Of a DNA stretch of 64,000 nucleotides, positions 8,044-17,526 are shown one piece after another. Source of the stretch: Gemmatimonadota bacterium (GTDB taxonomy: Bacteria > Gemmatimonadota > Gemmatimonadetes > Gemmatimonadales > GWC2-71-9); NCBI GenBank assembly GCA_039586365.1, contig JBDHKN010000036.1, positions 1,886-65,885 of the forward strand. The letters run 5' to 3'. How positions within the stretch are numbered: the first letter of the stretch is position 1; the number at the start of each line of letters is the position of its first letter. A model generated the notes under the pieces. The model did no database searches, was not told where the DNA came from, and saw only the letters and a list, made by a program, of their open reading frames with translations. The position numbers and the translations under genes are program-made.

Positions 8044-10990
8044 AGTTCACCTTGATGCCGATCCTGAACACCCTGCCTGTCGAACGGCGCACCACCGGCC
8101 GACCGAAGTCTGGATTGGCCACCAGTGGCACGGTCACGACCCCTGCAGCGGGATCGATGGTTAGGCTCCCCGTCGGATCGACTAAGTAAAGGGCGTTGTC
8201 CAGGTCAGCTACGTCCGGATCGAGGATATTCAAGCCCTCAGCCACCAACTCGACGGGGTAGCGTCCCACAGTTACTGGACTCAGAGAGAGTCGCAGATCG
8301 ATAGTCCTCAGCGCCGGTCCCCGACACGAATTCCGCTCGGCAAACTGGCCCACCTGCAGCCTGAGGCAATCCCACTCACCGTATAGATTTGGGATCCCCG
8401 AGACCTGGTCGTCCACATATGCAGGGTCGTTGCGGAAGGAGCCGTCTCCGTTTGCATCCACCCCTGGTCGGAAACCCGGAGTGAACGGCACACCCGATTG
8501 TCCCCGGAAGAATCCCGCCAACCGCCACACCCCCATATCAAATTCGGCGCCGAGAGTGAACCGGTGCGGCGCGTCGAAGTCCGAGCGACCTTCAGCCCAG
8601 TCCCTGCCGTCGAGGCTGTCGGGGAAAGGTGTGAGCTGGAGGCCTGGTTCACCCCCTAGCCCGGACAGCCAATTGTCCTGCGTCTCAGAGTAAGTGTAGC
8701 TCGCAAAGAAGCTGAGGAAACGGCCGATACGTCGTTCCAGTCTTGTCGTGACACCCCAGTAGTCAGAGTAGCCGTCCGGATCCAAAGCGCTCACAACATC
8801 GAATTCAGTGAAACGGCGATTCGATTCTGGATCGGCAACTAGCAGGCCGCCGCGCTGCATGATCTCTCCGTAGATCGGGCGCCCGAACTGGTCTTGAGCG
8901 GAGTTCACCGTTGCCAGGTTAAGATCGTGGCGGCGGGGCAGGAAGTCGGTGTGCCGGTATGCACCAGACAGATCGAATCGAACTCCACCACCCAGGTCCG
9001 CTGTGAAAGTCACGGACGTTCTCGCCGTGCGGGGTGGCTGGAAGTCGGGCCCCAAAAGGGTCAAGCTGGGCCCGATTACTGGAGCTGTCACCGCATCCGG
9101 AGCATCCGGCCATGCGCTCAGCACACCGAATCCCTGCCGTCTCTCAGTGCGACCACTCTGAGCTACCAGCTCCCCCAAGGTAGCTGGGACAACTGATCCA
9201 TGGTGCACTGCAGCATCAGCCCGCACTTGCCAAGCACCTCGATCGGCAACGACTCCAAACCGCGGACTGATCTTGATGACGGAACTGCTGCTGGTTGAGT
9301 CCGCGTTGGCGAGACCGGTGAGATCCAGCCAGGCCTCGTTGAGAACCACCTCGTCACGCGGCAGCAACTCGAAATCGACTCTCAATCCCCCGGTGAACTC
9401 GATACCGGGTATCGGAGTCCAAGTGTCTTGTAGGTATCCCCCGAACTCCGAGGCCATGTAGCTCGCAAGCGGCGCCTGCCCGACGGTCTGTGTGTAGAGA
9501 CCGTCCAGCGCTGCGTAACTGGAGACGTCGGAAAACACGAATCCACCTTCGCGACCGGCGGCATAGGTACGGTCTATCGACGAAATCGTCGCCGTACCAC
9601 CGAGCTTCAGACGGTGTTTCCCCGCATTCAAGTGCAGGGTTTCGCTGGCGCGGAATGCGAAGCGAGAAAACTCGCCTGGGAGAACGGGATCGGTCCCCAA
9701 AACAGTCGGACCAACCGAAAGAGCAGTGGCTCCAATGCTACCTGGATCGTACTCACGTTGGCTGTACTCTATGCCGATCCTCTGTTCGAGTCCCACCACC
9801 CTCGAGAACGACGAAGTCAGGGCTGCAAAACCCGACACGTCGGTGCCCTTCTGCCCTAGCTCGAGTGCGGGAATCCGCAGCGTACCGAGTTCAGGGTCTT
9901 GAGCCTCAAAGAAACCGATATTGGCCCGCAGAGTCAGTGAGTAACTCGGCCCGAACTTCCAGTCGAGCCTCCCCTGCGCCGACAGCAGATCAGTCGAGAC
10001 AAGCCGAGGGCTCAGGTAGTCAGAGACATCAACCCCGAAAGAGCTGGCTGCGATGTCGGCAAAGGCCAAGTCGGTTGGGGTGCCTTGCAGAGCCGGTGGC
10101 ATCGGTACCTTGAGGCGGCTCCCCTCGATACCGACGAAGAAGTGCGCGGTGTCTCGAACCACAGGGCCACTGGCAAAGAAGCCTCCGCGAAGCGAGTTGT
10201 GCGCCAGGCTACCAGCGTCGAAATGCTTGGAACTCGTCAACGCCCCCCCCGTCCAGTCACCGAAGACACCGACCTCTAGATCACGTGTCCCACCCCTTGA
10301 AAGACCCGCGAGGGATGCGCCAGCGAAACCCGCGAACTCGACATCAACTCCGTTGGTCAACAGTTCGGCTGCCCGGAAAGACGACAGGGCAAACGGTGCG
10401 GTAGGTAAATCCGGCCAGGGAAGCCCCTCGTGAAGAGCGCTCCGGAACGTCATCCCGTCGACCACCACTCCACTGAAGTGCCCTGGTAGCCCCTCGGTGG
10501 CCAGAGTCCCGCTGGATGCGCTCGAAAACCTCCCCAGCTCAGCCGCCTCGCGAGTAGGGCTTGGCAAGCGGCCCAATTCCAGGTCCGTGAACACTCCGGT
10601 GCCACCTATCCCCACAGCCGGCCTCCTGAATTGGACCGTCGTGATCCGCTCCACTGGTGGAGTCGCAGGCGTAAGAGATACCGGCACATTCGTTCGTCGT
10701 CCTTGGCCGACGTAAATTCCGTCGACGCGGACAGGTTGATCCCCCAAGCGCTCGGCGTACAGCTGGTATTCGCCTGGCGAGAGCAACCCGAAACTGAATT
10801 GGCCGTCCCGAGCCGTCTCCGCTTCCCTTGTCACCCCTCTAACAACCTCGGTGAGGATGACGTAAACACCGTTGAGTGGTCGTCCGAAGTCGTCGGTGAC
10901 TATACCAGTGACTTCACCAGTTGTGATGCTTTGGGCCTGGACGCTCGCAGCGAATAGGCCGATAGCTAAGGCCGTGAGGAGGGTACGCAA
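8036..10990 (-). CDS. TonB-dependent receptor-like outer-membrane protein, Oar type (CarboxypepD_reg domain, plug, beta-barrel)
   Basis: TTG 10990 is the start, with an in-frame TGA two codons upstream and GGAG 9 nt upstream. The signal peptide ends ASVQAQ. The CarboxypepD_reg motif is GIVTD..G.PL.GV.V....ARDGQFSF..L.PGEY, followed by a plug-like segment and a long barrel of about 800 aa. Confidence 0.9.
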   Translation of the reverse strand: MRTLLTALAIGLFAASVQAQSITTGEVTGIVTDDFGRPLNGVYVILTEVVRGVTREAETARDGQFSFGLLSPGEYQLYAERLGDQPVRVDGIYVGQGRRTNVPVSLTPATPPVERITTVQFRRPAVGIGGTGVFTDLELGRLPSPTREAAELGRFSSASSGTLATEGLPGHFSGVVVDGMTFRSALHEGLPWPDLPTAPFALSSFRAAELLTNGVDVEFAGFAGASLAGLSRGGTRDLEVGVFGDWTGGALTSSKHFDAGSLAHNSLRGGFFASGPVVRDTAHFFVGIEGSRLKVPMPPALQGTPTDLAFADIAASSFGVDVSDYLSPRLVSTDLLSAQGRLDWKFGPSYSLTLRANIGFFEAQDPELGTLRIPALELGQKGTDVSGFAALTSSFSRVVGLEQRIGIEYSQREYDPGSIGATALSVGPTVLGTDPVLPGEFSRFAFRASETLHLNAGKHRLKLGGTATISSIDRTYAAGREGGFVFSDVSSYAALDGLYTQTVGQAPLASYMASEFGGYLQDTWTPIPGIEFTGGLRVDFELLPRDEVVLNEAWLDLTGLANADSTSSSSVIKISPRFGVVADRGAWQVRADAAVHHGSVVPATLGELVAQSGRTERRQGFGVLSAWPDAPDAVTAPVIGPSLTLLGPDFQPPRTARTSVTFTADLGGGVRFDLSGAYRHTDFLPRRHDLNLATVNSAQDQFGRPIYGEIMQRGGLLVADPESNRRFTEFDVVSALDPDGYSDYWGVTTRLERRIGRFLSFFASYTYSETQDNWLSGLGGEPGLQLTPFPDSLDGRDWAEGRSDFDAPHRFTLGAEFDMGVWRLAGFFRGQSGVPFTPGFRPGVDANGDGSFRNDPAYVDDQVSGIPNLYGEWDCLRLQVGQFAERNSCRGPALRTIDLRLSLSPVTVGRYPVELVAEGLNILDPDVADLDNALYLVDPTGSLTIDPAAGVVTVPLVANPDFGRPVVRRSTGRVFRIGIKVNYE

Positions 10991-11585
10991 AGATCAGTGC
11001 TCCATGTCTGGTACGGAAGCCCTTTTCGGTATGGTGTGGGCTCTATAGGATTCGGCGTAAGCGATTGCTTGGCAAACTGTCACTGTGGGCTGACTCAGGT
11101 GCAAGGACGGAGCCCCGACATTCCAGTCGACATGACGCCATGATTCTACCAGTAACATCATAGATGTCAAGGACTTACACAACGTGGGCACGAGTGGCCC
11201 AACATATCACGATGCGACGTTGTTGGTTTACTGCAACATTTCCCTACTATGCCCGCTTAAGATAATCGGTGTGCGCTCAACTGCCGCACTGGCCACGGGG
11301 CACGCATATTGCGATCGCATGTCGGGTTCCCGAGACCTGTCAGTTGGAGGTTGACTGTTCATTATGTTACGGTAGACCCCCAAGGGTTGTTTTCCGGCCT
11401 TCGCCGTCGAACACAACGCGCGGCGGGGACGCCCGACTGTCAACCAGTCCTTGGAGCGCCTGCTTGAACATCTCGCATCACATGTCTTCGCATCAGCGGT
11501 TGCAGCCCCTCGAGCGGTATGAAACGCACCAGACCTTGGCTGGGCTGACTACAAGCATGGCTCCTCTAGTCGTACAGCACATCAA

Positions 11586-12794
11586 GTGATGCTACGAAGG
11601 CAGCTGCCGGTCTATTCACCGATTTCGCCGCGAAGCCTGGCGGACGGCTTGGGCGCTATCCTAAAACTGTCGCGCGCGGCACCGGCCAGCCCGCTGCTCA
11701 AGATCATCCAAGACAAGTACGGAGCCAAGGACGTGCTCCTCACAGACAGTGGCACGTCGGCGCTGACATTGGCCCTAAGCGGACTGTCCTGTTCTGGGGA
11801 ACAGCCTCTTGTTGCACTGCCGGCGTACTGCTGCTACGATATCGCCACCGCTGCCGTGGGGGCCAACGTCCAGGTAGCAGCGTACGACATCGACCCTCAC
11901 ACACTGGGACCCGACTTGGCCAGTCTCGTGACGGTAGCCGGGCACAAGCCATCGGCTGTGGTCATAGCCCACCTGTACGGGATCCCAGTCGACTTGAACA
12001 GTGTCCGAGAGATCTGCCACAGTGAGGGAATCCCCCTTATCGAAGACGCGGCACAAGGCCATGGAGCAGCATACACTGGACAGCCACTGGGCTCCTTCGG
12101 TTCCGTGTCCATACTGAGTTTCGGGCGGGGAAAGGGGGTGACTGGAGGCGCCGGCGGCGCGCTGTTGGCCCTGGACGATCATGGAATCGGCCTGATCCAA
12201 GATGTGCGCCTACGGCTAGGATCGCCCACTCGTGGCACTAGCGACTGGATGGCAGCGGTGGCCCAGTGGATACTCGCACGGCCGCCTCTCTACTCACTTC
12301 CGGCAGCGATTCCTTTCTTGAAGCTTGGCGAGACCATATACCGTGCGCCGAGCTTGCCACGCCGAATCGCGCGAGCCGCAGAGGCAGTATTGATACAGAA
12401 TTGGCACCCCTCCGAAACAGAGAGTGGGCTGCGCAAGGCGAACGCCGCACGACTAATGCAGTGCGCTTGCGGACGCGAAGGAATTGAGACGATCGAGATA
12501 CAACAGAATGGTGAGGCGGGATACCTAAGATTCCCCGTCGTGGTCGGAACCGGACGCAGAACCAGCTTCGATTCGGCAAGGGCGCGACGGCTGGGCATCA
12601 TGCCGGCTTATCCCAAGCCATTGGTGGACCTCAGCGACTTCACCGACCGATGCATGACTTGCGTCGCTGACTTTCCCGGTGCTCGTCTTCTGTCCGAACG
12701 GCTGTACACGTTTCCAACGCACAGCAAGCTATCAGCGACTGACCTCCAGGGCATCGAGATATTGCTGCGAGATGGCGCCAGTGCATCACAGTAG
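11586..12794 (+). CDS. DegT/DnrJ/EryC1/StrS-family PLP-dependent sugar aminotransferase
   Basis: Starts at GTG 11586 or ATG 11589. Motifs are LTDSGTSALTLAL, IEDAAQGHG and SFGRGKGVTGGAGGAL (the PLP lysine). Confidence 0.9.
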   Translation: MMLRRQLPVYSPISPRSLADGLGAILKLSRAAPASPLLKIIQDKYGAKDVLLTDSGTSALTLALSGLSCSGEQPLVALPAYCCYDIATAAVGANVQVAAYDIDPHTLGPDLASLVTVAGHKPSAVVIAHLYGIPVDLNSVREICHSEGIPLIEDAAQGHGAAYTGQPLGSFGSVSILSFGRGKGVTGGAGGALLALDDHGIGLIQDVRLRLGSPTRGTSDWMAAVAQWILARPPLYSLPAAIPFLKLGETIYRAPSLPRRIARAAEAVLIQNWHPSETESGLRKANAARLMQCACGREGIETIEIQQNGEAGYLRFPVVVGTGRRTSFDSARARRLGIMPAYPKPLVDLSDFTDRCMTCVADFPGARLLSERLYTFPTHSKLSATDLQGIEILLRDGASASQ

Positions 12795-14025
12795 GGGCAC
12801 GAAGCAACCGCGGCAGCGAATTCTCTTGGCCCGCGCCTATGCGGGCCGACTAGTTACAGCGCTCTCCCTGGCGACCATCCTAGCCCTCACACTGTACCCT
12901 ACTAGATCCCGCACGGCCGAGTGGACGTGCATCTTCTGCGGTACTTTTGCCGTCGCCGACGCCATACTGAACGTGCTGTTGTTCGTGCCACTTGGCGTGG
13001 GTCTCGCACTGATGAGAGTGCCGCTCAAACGTTCACTCTTCGTCGCCATCTTCGTCCCGATCGCGATTGAGTTGGCTCAGTCAGGCATCCCAGGACGTGA
13101 CGCGAGTATTGGGGATCTGATCACTAATACGCTCGGCTGCGGTATCGGATATGGCGCGATCATGTCGGCAGCCCGGTGCTTCTTGCCGAGACCCAGGCAG
13201 GCTTCCCTGTTGTCACTTGTTGCTGCGGTGGTAGTTGTGGGAGTCGTGACCGTCACGGGTGGATTCATTAGCCCTTCATTCCCTCAATCCAGATATTTTG
13301 CGCAATGGACCCCCGACTTCAACCATATGGAGCAATATCGCGGGGAGGTGCTCGACGCCAGCATAGGACTGCTTCAGCTCCCCCCCCAGTCACTCGAACA
13401 GACGGATTCCTTCCGGGCTATGTGGTTCGGCGAAGACCCAATCCGAATCCGTGCTATCGCTGGACCACGCGTTACCGCACTAGCACCGCTATTCAGTATC
13501 TCCGACAACCGTGAGCGCGAGATTCTGCTGGTCGGCGCGGACCGGCGTGACCTGGTATTCCGCTATCGCACGCGTTCGATCACATGGCGGTTGCACCAAC
13601 CGACAATCACCGTTCGGAACGGCATGGCACAGGATGTCGGTGACACATTGACAATAGAGGTCTGGCGAGACGGTGAGCAGCATTGCGTCAGTGTGAACGC
13701 GGACCACCACTGCGGCCTCGGGTTCACGGCAGGAATGGCCTGGACGCTACTGATCGGAAGTATTGGATTCTCAGGTGGGCTGACGACACTGCTGAATGCT
13801 GCCTGCGTATCGGTGCTGCTGCTGCCCATCGGGTTTTGGTCACGACCGAGTGTGGGATCGATTGGCACACTCCTGGTCGCTGCACTCGGATTGGGATGGG
13901 TTCCCCTAGCAGTCGGGTTACTCGCCACACCGGTGACTGAATGGATGGGTGCCGCAATCGGTTATGGGATTGGAGCGTGGCTGGGAACCTCAGCGAGGCG
14001 GGTCCAAGATCACGCGACTTCCTGA
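12772..14025 (+). CDS. VanZ-like membrane protein with an extended C-terminal domain and extra TM helices
   Basis: The VanZ core is LNVLLFVPLGVGLAL....ELAQSGIPGRDASIGDLITNTLG. I prefer ATG 12772, which overlaps the degT-like gene by 23 nt, over the long ORF start at 12679. Confidence 0.75.
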   Translation: MAPVHHSRGTKQPRQRILLARAYAGRLVTALSLATILALTLYPTRSRTAEWTCIFCGTFAVADAILNVLLFVPLGVGLALMRVPLKRSLFVAIFVPIAIELAQSGIPGRDASIGDLITNTLGCGIGYGAIMSAARCFLPRPRQASLLSLVAAVVVVGVVTVTGGFISPSFPQSRYFAQWTPDFNHMEQYRGEVLDASIGLLQLPPQSLEQTDSFRAMWFGEDPIRIRAIAGPRVTALAPLFSISDNREREILLVGADRRDLVFRYRTRSITWRLHQPTITVRNGMAQDVGDTLTIEVWRDGEQHCVSVNADHHCGLGFTAGMAWTLLIGSIGFSGGLTTLLNAACVSVLLLPIGFWSRPSVGSIGTLLVAALGLGWVPLAVGLLATPVTEWMGAAIGYGIGAWLGTSARRVQDHATS

Positions 14026-14082
14026 AGAGAATCTCACTGTTCGGCCTGGATCCAACCCAGCGGCTGAGGAAAGATCGTTCGT

Positions 14083-15048
14083 ATGACCGATGAACGTGAC
14101 GGCTCCACAATCAGTTTCATTATTCCAGTGCTCAACGGCGAGCTGTATGTTGCACGATGCATAGATCACATACTGGAGGAGATGAACTCAAACGATGAAA
14201 TAGTGGTAGTCGACAATGGATCGACTGACGACACTGTGAGAATCGTCGAGCAGTATCCGAAAGTGCGGTTGTTGATAATTCCAGAAGTCACCATCGCAAC
14301 CTTGAGGAATCGTGGTGCCGATATCGCTAAGGGCGATGTTCTGGCTTTCATAGATTCGGATTGTCTAGTGTGTGATGGCTGGAGAAAGGCAGTAGAAGCA
14401 GTTCTGAGCGACAATCGGATAGCAGTCACAGGATCGATCTGCGATGTTCCTTCGTCAGGCACCTGGATTGAGAAAGCATGGTGGTCACTAAGGAGATACA
14501 AGAGAAGAGTGAACTACATTGCGTCCGCCAATTTGGTCATGAGGCATGAGACGTTCAACGAGGTTGCCGGTTTCGATGAAGAGCTGATCACTGATGAAGA
14601 CACCGAAATATGTTCGAGAATAAGGGAGTTGGGCTATTGTATCATGGAAGATCCAGGAGTCCGGGTTATCCACTTGGGCAATGCAAAAACTTTCAGAGAC
14701 TTCGTCAAAAAGGAGAAGTGGCACGCCACAAGCATATTGAGCACCATGTCCGGTCAGCGAGTCGACAAGCCTATGATCATGACATTTGTGTTCTTAGCGT
14801 GTATGTTGCTCGCAATAGTCCTCGTGCCCTTTGTTGTGTTCGGTGACTTAAGCCCAGTATGGTTCATCCCCGCCATTCTTCTTGTGCCGTTGGTAACAGC
14901 TTCCTATTCCGTCTGTCAAAACAGAAACTTCCGATACTTACCTCACCTGATTGTATTGTATGCTGTGTTCTATCTTGTCAGATCTATCACGATCGCCGAA
15001 GCATTGTTCAAAGGTCGACCGACACGAACCCTGAATATCAAGAGTTGA
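14083..15048 (+). CDS. Glycosyltransferase family 2 with C-terminal TM helices (low-GC island)
   Basis: ATG 14083 is preceded by GAGGAAAG. Motifs are ISFIIPVLNG, VVVDNGSTDDT and AFIDSDC. Hand-counted GC is about 40-52%, against 63-67% in the flanks. Confidence 0.9.
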   Translation: MTDERDGSTISFIIPVLNGELYVARCIDHILEEMNSNDEIVVVDNGSTDDTVRIVEQYPKVRLLIIPEVTIATLRNRGADIAKGDVLAFIDSDCLVCDGWRKAVEAVLSDNRIAVTGSICDVPSSGTWIEKAWWSLRRYKRRVNYIASANLVMRHETFNEVAGFDEELITDEDTEICSRIRELGYCIMEDPGVRVIHLGNAKTFRDFVKKEKWHATSILSTMSGQRVDKPMIMTFVFLACMLLAIVLVPFVVFGDLSPVWFIPAILLVPLVTASYSVCQNRNFRYLPHLIVLYAVFYLVRSITIAEALFKGRPTRTLNIKS

Positions 15049-15143
15049 TCTACAGCCTGCCCCTCGGTGTCGGCAAGCTGCTCATGCCTAGACTCAGATA
15101 CAGCCAGGGACGATTGCCAATACACATCATTGACTTCACGACT

Positions 15144-15929
15144 TCACCGCGGACCATATCTGGTTCCGTTGAACGAAACGGCATCTTCAAAGCATCCGAT
15201 TCTCTCGATTTCTTCTCTCAGTCCGATGCCTCTGGACACATCGTATGACCCATCGATCAGCATGCGATTCTCATCGAATACAGGATGAATCATTACTTCA
15301 AATGATGTAGCAGTGGCTGGTTTGAGACGCTGCTGAAGATAGAGGTAGTCTTCCACTGTGCCAAAGTACTTTGTCCTGGCCAGATCTGAGCGATTCAGCT
15401 TAGCGTTCAACAGGCGTTTGTAGACCCTCCGCAGAGGACCCATACCAGCCCCGCAATTGCGGACGAGTCTGACGTGCGGAACGCCCTCTGCTCTTGCGAC
15501 TGGAATCAAGACACTTGCGACGGCCCAGTCGGTGTGGATATGCTCGTGAGAATCTATGTGCGTGATGGGGACTCCATGGCCCCTGCAACGACGGATCTGC
15601 GCTCGAATCTCCGCTGCAAGAACCTCCTTTTCCACTCGACTGAGGGAGAAGACGGGCCTACACTCAGACAACCGAAAATGCTTCTCTTCATCACAGAACC
15701 TAGCCAGGCTTCCCATTCTGTCGGTCAGTGGTTGACCGTAGGTCAGAACAAGATGCATCCCGATGTGATCTGTTAACTTGGCTTCGTGCATCAACTCACA
15801 GGCCTCTTCAAAGCCAGGCATGTTGGGCATCAAGGTCGCGCTCGAGCACAGTCCTTCGTGGAAACATTGAACAATCGCTTGGTTGTGAGCCCCATCGAGT
15901 CCAAAGTCATCCGCATTGATGATCAGCAT
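15144..15929 (-). CDS. ChbG/HpnK (YdjC-like) carbohydrate deacetylase (low-GC island)
   Basis: MLIINADDFGL is at the preferred ATG 15929; the long ORF starts at TTG 15986. Other motifs are ATLMPN and HIDSHEHIH. GC is low, as in the neighbouring GT2. Confidence 0.85.
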   Translation of the reverse strand: MLIINADDFGLDGAHNQAIVQCFHEGLCSSATLMPNMPGFEEACELMHEAKLTDHIGMHLVLTYGQPLTDRMGSLARFCDEEKHFRLSECRPVFSLSRVEKEVLAAEIRAQIRRCRGHGVPITHIDSHEHIHTDWAVASVLIPVARAEGVPHVRLVRNCGAGMGPLRRVYKRLLNAKLNRSDLARTKYFGTVEDYLYLQQRLKPATATSFEVMIHPVFDENRMLIDGSYDVSRGIGLREEIERIGCFEDAVSFNGTRYGPR

Positions 15930-16080
15930 TTGTACCTGCTCACTGGTATCCACCCTGTACAGGTTACCCACCCGCCCGACGCTCAAGCTTGCCGTGCCGG
16001 ACTGCTGACAACGGCTGGTTTACCAAGCACCGCTCACTGCGCGAATCGGCAGACGTGCATCGTCCTGAGAGCGAGCCGGG

Positions 16081-17526
16081 CTACCGATCTCGAGGCGTTT
16101 CTGCATCCGGCCCCCTGCCACCCAAACTGGCCTTTACTTCCTCCCACCACTGCAGCCGTTCGCGCACCTTCTTCTCAAACCCCCGCTCTGTCGGCTTGTA
16201 CCAGCTTGCTCCCGACAACGCCGCTGGCAAGTACTCCTGTCCCACTGCCTTGGCCCCCTCCTCAACATGATCGTACCGGTACCCTTTCCCGTACCCCAGC
16301 TCTTTCATAAGCTGAGTGGGAGCGTTCCGAATGTGCAGCGGGACCGGCTCGTTCGGATACTCCCGAGCCGCTGCCACCGCCTGTTCCCAAGCCTCGTAGA
16401 CACGATTCGATTTCGGTGCAGCTGCCATGTATATCAACGCCTCCGCCAGCGCCAACTCACCTTCCGGTGACCCCAGAAAGTGGTACGCCTCCTTGGCTGC
16501 CAGAGCGATCGACAGCGCCCGGGGGTCAGCCAGCCCAATATCCTCACTCGCCATCCGTACGACCCTTCGCGCGATGTACAAGGGGTCCTCGCCTGCCGTG
16601 ATCATCCTCGCGAGCCAATAGAGGGCTCCCTCCAAGTCTGAACCTCTGACCGCTTTGTGAAGAGCAGAGATCAGGTTGTAATGGGACTCGCCAGATTTGT
16701 CGTAGACGGGGATGCGGCGGGCGAGAACAGACTGTACGTCCTTTCCAGTCACCTGGTAGGCGGCAGGCAGTGGGCGGGAGTTGACGTCATCAACTAGAGC
16801 CTCCAACGCGTTGAGCGCTCTTCTAGCATCGCCGTCAGCATGTTTGACCAACATCTCCATGGCGTCATCCGACAACACTGGGACTCTGCACTGCTCTGCC
16901 TCAGCATCCACCAAACTGCGAGAAGATCCCTGCTTGGACTGGCTAATCCCACTCACCGCCCCCTGTTCTCTCAACCCTCGCTCGAGAATCTCCCTGATGT
17001 ACTGCCCGCCGAGCGGTTCCAAGACGAAGACCCGCAGGCGGGACAGTAGGGCGCTGTTGAGTTCAAAGCTCGGATTCTCAGTCGTCGCCCCGATGAGTGT
17101 GATCACACCCCGTTCGACCCAAGGTAGGAAAGCATCCTGCTGCGCCTTATTGAACCGATGGATCTCGTCACAGAACAGGATTGTCCCCCTGCCCTCATAT
17201 TCCTGCCGCACCTGCGCTTGCTTGATTACCTCGCGCACTTGTGGGACGCCTGAGGTCACGGCACTGAACGGTTCGAAATGGCGGTCCGTGTAGTTGGCAA
17301 TCAAGCGAGCAAGGGTTGTCTTACCGGAGCCCGGAGGGCCCCAGAATACAATGGATGTGACATCGCCGCGTTCAATGGCTTGCCGGAGGGGTTTTCCTAC
17401 TGCAAGGATGTGCCCTTGCCCGAGGAAGTCTTCCAACCGGCTCGGTCGCATGCGGGAGGCTAGGGGTTCGTAGCCGGACTGGGCGCCACTGAAGAGAGAA
17501 GGATCAGGCATGCCGGCCCCCTTCAT
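16081..17526 (-). CDS. rarA: Replication-associated recombination protein A (AAA+ ATPase)
   Basis: It has Walker A GPPGSGKTTLARLIA and FCDEIHRFNK. The C-terminal MgsA domain carries HYNLISALHKAVRGSD and GYRYDH. Confidence 0.95.
   Translation of the reverse strand: MKGAGMPDPSLFSGAQSGYEPLASRMRPSRLEDFLGQGHILAVGKPLRQAIERGDVTSIVFWGPPGSGKTTLARLIANYTDRHFEPFSAVTSGVPQVREVIKQAQVRQEYEGRGTILFCDEIHRFNKAQQDAFLPWVERGVITLIGATTENPSFELNSALLSRLRVFVLEPLGGQYIREILERGLREQGAVSGISQSKQGSSRSLVDAEAEQCRVPVLSDDAMEMLVKHADGDARRALNALEALVDDVNSRPLPAAYQVTGKDVQSVLARRIPVYDKSGESHYNLISALHKAVRGSDLEGALYWLARMITAGEDPLYIARRVVRMASEDIGLADPRALSIALAAKEAYHFLGSPEGELALAEALIYMAAAPKSNRVYEAWEQAVAAAREYPNEPVPLHIRNAPTQLMKELGYGKGYRYDHVEEGAKAVGQEYLPAALSGASWYKPTERGFEKKVRERLQWWEEVKASLGGRGPDAETPRDR

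Noticed and set aside
11311-11318. GCGATCGC (a HIP1-like palindrome) in the degT upstream region.
   Set aside because: I noticed only this one perfect copy in the window, so there is no evidence of iteration. It is probably chance.
11269-11589. A 106-aa ORF ending at the start of the degT-like gene.
   Set aside because: The translation is Cys/Arg/Pro/Ser-rich with no SD and no motif. The stop/start overlap could be coincidental. I keep it only as a possible leader region.
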